Assembly: GCA_964502225.1 (NCBI GenBank) | Contig: CAZCUC010000004.1 | Coordinates: forward strand, 2,641 to 66,640 | Length of the DNA stretch: 64,000 nt | Direction of reading: 5' to 3' | Origin: an uncultured Pseudomonadales bacterium | Lineage (GTDB): Bacteria; Patescibacteriota; Microgenomatia; UBA1400; UBA12108 | Part shown: positions 58,775-64,000 of the stretch, one piece after another | Numbering within the stretch: position 1 is the stretch's first letter | Layout of the letters: the number at the start of each line of letters is the position of its first letter | Position numbers and translations under genes: made by a program | The notes under the pieces: model-generated | Seen by the model: only the letters and a program-made list of their open reading frames with translations | What the model was told of the DNA's origin: nothing | The model's database searches: none

Positions 58775-59950
58775 ATGCTAGTATGGGAGAACAAAAATAT
58801 GCGACCATGGGAAGATCCTAATTTAGTAGTTCCAGATAAAAGGGTGGTTGAATCACCCCAGGGCGCGTGGCTGATCGTGAATGGGAAAAAAGTATTGAAT
58901 ATGTGTTCAAATAATTACTTGGGGTTAGCAGGTGATACACGGATTGGGCAAGCGGCAATTGAGGCAATACAGAAATATGGGGTTGGGCCAGGGGCAGTTA
59001 GAACACTTTCTGGCAACACAAAAATGCATGAAGAGCTGGAAGCAAAGTTGGCCAAGTTTAAAGGTGCCGAGGCCGCACTCGTTGTACAAGGCGGATATAT
59101 TGCCAACCTGGTTGCGATCCAAACATTGATGACGAAGGAAGACTACATCGTATCCGATGAACTTAATCATGCGTCAATTATTGATGCCATCCGACTGGCG
59201 GGAGTGAAAAACAAGTATATCTACAAACACAATGACATGGCCGATCTAGAGGAAAAACTAAAAGAGATTGGGGCTACGGACAAACAAGTGATGATTGTCA
59301 CGGACGGAGTTTTTTCGATGGACGGAGATATTGCTCCCCTGCCAAAGATTGTAGAGCTCGCAAAAAAATACAACGCCATCACAGTGGTTGATGATGCTCA
59401 TGGTGAAGGCGTGCTCGGAAATGCCCGGGGGATAGTAGAGCACTTTAAGCTACATGGCCAGGTAGATGTAGAAATTGGGACCCTGTCGAAAGCGTTTGGG
59501 GTAGTGGGTGGAGTCATTGCTGGCAAAAAACAATTGATTGACTACTTGAGAACCAAGGCAAGACAGTTTTTGTTTTCGACAGGAATATCGATTCCTGATG
59601 CGGCCGCGCTGATTGCGGGTGTTGAGATCTTAGAACAATCGGATGAGTTGGTGCACAAGCTTTGGGAGAATGGTGATTATCTAAAGAGCGAGTTTAAGAA
59701 AGCTGGGTTTGATACGGGAGTATCTGAGACCCCAATCACCCCAGTAATGATCGGCGATGAACAAAAATCGATTGAGTTTTCTAGAGAACTGTTTAACGAA
59801 GGCATTTTTGCCACCCCAATCAAGTTCCCGATGGTGGCACAAGGCAAGGCTAGGATCAGAGTGATGCCATCCGCCTCGCACAGCAAAGCAGATCTTGATA
59901 TCGCGATTGCTGGATTTGTGAAAGTAGGGAAAAAGTTGGGAATAATTTAG
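58775..59950 (+). CDS. kbl: 2-amino-3-ketobutyrate CoA ligase (glycine C-acetyltransferase)
   Basis: PLP-dependent alpha-oxoamine synthase family; PLP-Lys region TLSKAFG; partner of tdh. Confidence 0.8.
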   Translation: MLVWENKNMRPWEDPNLVVPDKRVVESPQGAWLIVNGKKVLNMCSNNYLGLAGDTRIGQAAIEAIQKYGVGPGAVRTLSGNTKMHEELEAKLAKFKGAEAALVVQGGYIANLVAIQTLMTKEDYIVSDELNHASIIDAIRLAGVKNKYIYKHNDMADLEEKLKEIGATDKQVMIVTDGVFSMDGDIAPLPKIVELAKKYNAITVVDDAHGEGVLGNARGIVEHFKLHGQVDVEIGTLSKAFGVVGGVIAGKKQLIDYLRTKARQFLFSTGISIPDAAALIAGVEILEQSDELVHKLWENGDYLKSEFKKAGFDTGVSETPITPVMIGDEQKSIEFSRELFNEGIFATPIKFPMVAQGKARIRVMPSASHSKADLDIAIAGFVKVGKKLGII

Positions 59951-59974
59951 TCCTTCGGCAAAGCTCAGGGCTTG

Positions 59975-60526
59975 TCAGCCGACGGCTACTTCGGAAAGCA
60001 AGACTCCCTCGCAGATGAGCCCGCGGTTTTGGAATTCGGCGTTGAGCTCCTTTTTGAGGGCTCCTTCGAGCTCTGCACGAGAGTTTTTGACGACATTTGC
60101 GTCAACGGTCGAAAAAATTGCTGAGATTTTGCTACGACTAAAAGGCCGGATCACTTTAGAGACAAAGTGTTCGCCAATGTTTTCCCATAACTCTGGTGCG
60201 TTTTGCTTGTCAATGCGAAATAGAATAGAACCTTCGACTGTAACCCCTACCCCGTCTTTGGTGGTTGATTTGATGGGTTCATCCCCGAGTATTTCTTTGT
60301 TTTTGAGATCAAAACCTTTGTGAATGGTGTACTCGAGAACCTGGGCATTGAATAGCTTGGCAACCTGCCAAAAAGGTATTTTTAAGTGGAGACCAGGACC
60401 GTAGACATTTTTGAGCACCCCGCGACCTCGATCATAGACACAGGCGACGTGGCCGGGCGGAACAGAGATGAAAAATCCCCCTACTACCTCGTCAGCCAAA
60501 AATGAGACTACTAGATTGTCAAACAT
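59975..60526 (-). CDS. SPFH/band-7 domain protein
   Basis: SPFH-like core (VPPGHVACVYDRGRGV...). Confidence 0.5.
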   Translation of the reverse strand: MFDNLVVSFLADEVVGGFFISVPPGHVACVYDRGRGVLKNVYGPGLHLKIPFWQVAKLFNAQVLEYTIHKGFDLKNKEILGDEPIKSTTKDGVGVTVEGSILFRIDKQNAPELWENIGEHFVSKVIRPFSRSKISAIFSTVDANVVKNSRAELEGALKKELNAEFQNRGLICEGVLLSEVAVG

Positions 60527-60613
60527 ACAGTGCTAATTGTAGCATCTTTCGGCTAATCGGTATGCCAGATAGCCAGAAAACTCGGAGATCCAGGGTTTCT
60601 GAGAATCTGACAA

Positions 60614-61393
60614 TCAGACAGTCTGGTCTATCTGGCTTTCTGAGTGTTCTGGTTGTCTGATTTCTTCTGGCGGTTTTGGCGTGTATTTGTCCACTAGTTT
60701 TTGACCCCACTCCTGGAGGAGCTTGACTGCGTGGTAGACGGCCGAAAAAACCAGTGAAGTAATGACAAAAATCTTTTTACCTGAGGGAAGAAACATAAAA
60801 ATAACAAAAGAACCAATGGGTAAGACTATTTGGAGCAGGGCTTTGTCTTTGCGGGAAATAGGCAAGGGAGACCGCAAAGCAACCAAAACTTCAACAACAA
60901 AAATCATAATTGATTGAACTAAGTTGAGAGTGGCGTTGGTATGGCTAAGATCATATTTGCCTAAGAATAGTAGATTGATGTGGTCTGGAGTCGGAACAAA
61001 ATCGTAGAGGAGGTAAAAATCGGCCCCCTCGAGACCGGTCGTAAATATGCGGTAAAGCATGATGATAATGGCAAGGCCAATAATTAGGTTGGCAGTAGTC
61101 GCCAAGACCGAGCGAAGATTACTACGCATGATTGATTTGATCTCGGCTCGTAGGCGGATGGGCTCGTGTGAGTAGACCTGTTTGGCTTGTTCGACTTGGT
61201 CGATGATTTTCTTTTTTTCTTCTTCGGAGCGCTCACCTGCCAGACGAAGGGGGAAAAGAATAACTTGAATAATAATCGAAAAAATAATGACGGCAACACC
61301 CATGTCGGCCAACTCGGGGGAGATTTTGCCTAGTAGCTCGTAGAGTCCGACGAGAATATTAAAAAAGGGTGCGTAGACGTATTTCTCAAACAT
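60614..61393 (-). CDS. yidC: YidC/Oxa1-family membrane protein insertase (short type)
   Basis: 5 TM core with the conserved hydrophilic groove region (IIQVILFPLRL...), coiled-coil cytoplasmic loop. Confidence 0.65.
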   Translation of the reverse strand: MFEKYVYAPFFNILVGLYELLGKISPELADMGVAVIIFSIIIQVILFPLRLAGERSEEEKKKIIDQVEQAKQVYSHEPIRLRAEIKSIMRSNLRSVLATTANLIIGLAIIIMLYRIFTTGLEGADFYLLYDFVPTPDHINLLFLGKYDLSHTNATLNLVQSIMIFVVEVLVALRSPLPISRKDKALLQIVLPIGSFVIFMFLPSGKKIFVITSLVFSAVYHAVKLLQEWGQKLVDKYTPKPPEEIRQPEHSESQIDQTV

Positions 61394-61417
61394 AAGTTAG
61401 ATTATAGACGATAGATG

Positions 61418-61960
61418 TTAGATGTTGGCTTTTTGGATGATCTTGGTGGTGGAAATATCTGGATTCCAGTCGTGGACAATGACCAAGCGACCGCCGTATT
61501 TTTCGGTTAGTAGTTGTTTGTTGTTGAGATAGGAGGTGTGGGAACTCACGGCATAGATATCGGGGCGGACGGCTGACATGAGGGACTCGTAGGCTTCGAG
61601 GTGATCAAAATTGGAAGAAAGAGAAATGACAAAATCAACTATGTGTCCATTAGGGCCAGGCCTCGCAGGTAAACTGCTCGGACCTGCAAGGCCTGGCCCT
61701 GCAGGGATATCGAGATCCAATAGATGCTGACAACGTACTGGCTGGGTTTCGACGGGTCTCCCCTCACCTTTAATTTTGCGGGCTCGCTCATCGGACTCGA
61801 CCCCGACGATCAAAACATCCCCTGATGCCTTGGCTTTTTGCAGGAAATTCACGTGCTCAGCGTGAAGGAGATCAAAGAAGCCAGTGGCGAGAACGATAGT
61901 TTTACCCTCAGCGTGGAGCTGGACGCAGATGGGAGTAATAGTTTTGATAGTGTGAAACAT
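61418..61960 (-). CDS. cytidylyltransferase-like nucleotidyltransferase (TagD/RfaE domain II-like) with an in-frame Pro/Gly-rich insertion
   Basis: GxFDLLHxxH signature (TGFFDLLHAEH); 21-aa insert IPAGPGLAGPSSLPARPGPNG encoded by a GC-rich inverted repeat. Confidence 0.6.
   Translation of the reverse strand: MFHTIKTITPICVQLHAEGKTIVLATGFFDLLHAEHVNFLQKAKASGDVLIVGVESDERARKIKGEGRPVETQPVRCQHLLDLDIPAGPGLAGPSSLPARPGPNGHIVDFVISLSSNFDHLEAYESLMSAVRPDIYAVSSHTSYLNNKQLLTEKYGGRLVIVHDWNPDISTTKIIQKANI
61652..61700. repeat. 19-bp inverted repeat (1 mismatch) with an 11-nt spacer, in-frame inside the cytidylyltransferase gene
   Basis: agggccaggcctcgcaggt aaactgctcgg acctgcaaggcctggccct; also a nested palindrome ccctgcaggg. 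Confidence 0.65.
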
Positions 61961-61967
61961 GAAGATA

Positions 61968-62825
61968 TTATACCTTTGGGGCGGGATCCTTGGGGTGGAA
62001 GAAGGCAGAATTGAGAGTGATGTATTCGCGAGTGATTTTTGGGCGCATGTAGGAGAGTTGAAGGCGGTATGACAGGGATTCTATAACCATGAATACTCTC
62101 CTCCCAGCTGCCGCTGGACCCTTCTCGACTTGCAGTCGGGAATTCCTGTTGAGGAGAGTCCTCTTCGGGAGCGGGAAATTGGGGAGATAAGAAGAAATCC
62201 AGGAGTTGGCAAAGAGGAGAGCTGAGCGAGTATTGTGGGGGTCGTGCAGTGGGATGGCCTGAATAAGCTCGTAAGCAGTGTAGAGAGATCTGCGATCAGG
62301 TGGTAGAAGATAGGAGGAAGGAGAGAGGTAGAGGTTGAGACATAGTTTTCCTGTGTTGTGCTTGGAGTGAGGGGTGCGGCGTAAACCGAGTATCGAAGTA
62401 TAGAGAGTGAGGAGGAGGCGCGTAGTCCAGAGTCGACCTGGGCGCGTAATGATCATAAAGTCGATATCTGAACTCTGACTAGAGTTGTGCATCGCGAGCG
62501 AACCAGTCAAGTAAATTGCATAAACCCCGGGGATACGCGCGAGTCGCCCTGATAGAGATTTGGCACGGACAAGATGAGGAGAAGATAGTTGTGTGCGTTT
62601 GTGCCGGCGAGCAACCAGCGAGGACCTACCTGGGAGATGATAGTAGTCACCAGTCCGGAAGATGGTGTCCTTTTTTAGCATAGATTTTAAAGTTCCGAAC
62701 ACTCGTTCTAGAGAACAAGGTTCGGAACTATATAGCCGCAGGTGGATTTCTTTGAGAGTCAAGGGGAAGCCAAAGTGATCGGAATATTTGAGAGTCCGGA
62801 GAATAGCGGTAGCGAGTGAGGTCAT
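61968..62825 (-). CDS. hypothetical protein with a Pol-beta-type nucleotidyltransferase-like motif
   Basis: GS...DIDFMII motif (GSLAMHNSSQSSDIDFMI). Confidence 0.4.
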   Translation of the reverse strand: MTSLATAILRTLKYSDHFGFPLTLKEIHLRLYSSEPCSLERVFGTLKSMLKKDTIFRTGDYYHLPGRSSLVARRHKRTQLSSPHLVRAKSLSGRLARIPGVYAIYLTGSLAMHNSSQSSDIDFMIITRPGRLWTTRLLLTLYTSILGLRRTPHSKHNTGKLCLNLYLSPSSYLLPPDRRSLYTAYELIQAIPLHDPHNTRSALLFANSWISSYLPNFPLPKRTLLNRNSRLQVEKGPAAAGRRVFMVIESLSYRLQLSYMRPKITREYITLNSAFFHPKDPAPKV

Positions 62826-64000
62826 TTGGCCTCGGGATATTTGGCCAGGACTTGGGTTACACCGTCATCGAGGGTTTTGAGGATACTCCCGACAGTAGAG
62901 CCCCCATTGATGGCGTTGATCGCATCTTCGTAGTACTTGCTGAGACCGTCGTTGAGACCGTCGTCGTAGGTGCGATCAGCGAGATACCAAGATTTGTAAT
63001 TGGGGCCCTGAGAAACAAAGGGGGCGGCGAGAGGGTCGCTGGCGAGAGTACTACCGAGACTAACGAGGGGATATGGCTCACCGAGCGCCCTGATTTGAGA
63101 GGCACCAGCATACATTTTTTGAAGGACAGCGGGAGAGCTGAGATATTTGATAAATTTCCAGGCTTCGGTTTGGTTTTTGCTGTAGATGGGGACGGCCTCG
63201 GCCCAGTAACTGGCCCAGGCATAATTGGCGGATGGGAGCACGGGTGCTGGGGCGACCTTGAAGTTTAAGTTGGGGTTGATGGCTTTAATTTCGGAGATTT
63301 GCCAGGATGGCGCAATTATCATGGCGACGGTACCAGTTGCGAAAGCATAAACAGAGTTGGGCTGGCTGGCGTCCCAGGACTTGTCCTGCGTAGAGACGAT
63401 GGTGTAGAAAGTGAGGGCGTCTTGGACGGCTGTCTCACTAGGCTTGCCCGGATTGCCTGAGTTTTGTAATATGAGGAGCCCCAAGATGTCGGACCAGTGC
63501 TCGACGTTGTTGGTAGTGCCGAGGGCTACCCCTGCTCGCTCGATGATTTTGGTTTCGGGGTTGGTTTTGGTCAAATCAAAGGCTAGCTTGCGCAGAGTGT
63601 TCCAATCGGCAGGTGGGGTACTCCCGGTTTCTTTGAAGATATCTTCGTTATAAAGAAGCGCGAGACCATCAATCTCGAGAGGTAGTGCATAGATTTTGCC
63701 GCCACTGACAAAGTTTTTTTGGACGATAGGATAGTAGTCGCTCAGATCGGAAGCTTTAAGGATAGTCTCTGGTGCTGGACTCAAGTCTTTTTTGAGCATT
63801 GGTAGCCAGGTATTGTGGATGCGAACTATATCGGGAGGATTGGCCTGGGTCCCGGCAGACAAAAAACGAGTCCGGTAGTTTTTGGCATTTTGCATAGTGT
63901 AGTTGATTTTGACGTTTGGATTGGCGCTCTCGTAGTCTGCAATCACTCCTTGCAAGACGGAACTGGGCTCCCAGAGTCCCCAGTAAGTGAGCGTGACGGG
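62822..64000 (-). CDS. ABC transporter substrate-binding protein, family 1 (sugar-type); 5' end lies beyond the window edge
   Basis: SBP_bac_1-like sequence; the reading frame stays open to position 64000, so the track TTG start is internal. Confidence 0.7.
   Translation of the reverse strand, partial: PVTLTYWGLWEPSSVLQGVIADYESANPNVKINYTMQNAKNYRTRFLSAGTQANPPDIVRIHNTWLPMLKKDLSPAPETILKASDLSDYYPIVQKNFVSGGKIYALPLEIDGLALLYNEDIFKETGSTPPADWNTLRKLAFDLTKTNPETKIIERAGVALGTTNNVEHWSDILGLLILQNSGNPGKPSETAVQDALTFYTIVSTQDKSWDASQPNSVYAFATGTVAMIIAPSWQISEIKAINPNLNFKVAPAPVLPSANYAWASYWAEAVPIYSKNQTEAWKFIKYLSSPAVLQKMYAGASQIRALGEPYPLVSLGSTLASDPLAAPFVSQGPNYKSWYLADRTYDDGLNDGLSKYYEDAINAINGGSTVGSILKTLDDGVTQVLAKYPEAK

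Overview
This 64-kb window looks like a small, gene-dense bacterial chromosome segment with roughly 50% GC; the gene content and compact proteins fit a CPR/Patescibacteria-like monoderm genome, but that attribution is inference, not shown by the sequence. Housekeeping genes dominate: infB, nusA, dnaJ-like, upp, the hrcA-grpE-dnaK operon, lepA, murJ, rpsT, tpiA, a pcrA/uvrD helicase, a FemAB-family protein, a UvrD-helicase/nuclease fusion, rmuC, metG, tatD, hsp20, tRNA-Cys, gap, pyrH, groESL, tdh-kbl and yidC. Three CIRCE operators (hrcA, groES, hsp20) define an HrcA heat-shock regulon. The main accessory region (about 18.7-31.4 kb) opens with pilN/pilO-like genes and continues with six membrane-anchored surface proteins. 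These carry novel Cys-rich modules, Ser/Pro/Thr-rich linkers, a DUF11-like domain and, in three of them, a shared C-terminal sorting-like motif. The region includes an exact 1.2-kb tandem duplication and is flanked by an 799-aa PMT-type GT-C O-glycosyltransferase, an LCP-family protein and tpiA. A second envelope-glycan cluster (GT2, GT-C, GT4/WecA-like, UbiA-family) lies at 42.7-48.1 kb. The most unusual features are (i) a family of (A/T)GATTTA heptamer tandem arrays that sit both between genes and in-frame inside metG and tatD, where they encode the same DLRFxIxDLR peptide, and (ii) perfect or near-perfect palindromes inserted in-frame in lepA and a cytidylyltransferase, and repeated in two intergenic spacers. 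There is also an AT-rich two-gene insertion flanked by a duplicated HIT-gene 5' end, and a MerR-type promoter followed by a coupled 15-aa Cys-rich micro-ORF. All coordinates read by eye are good to about 2 nt.
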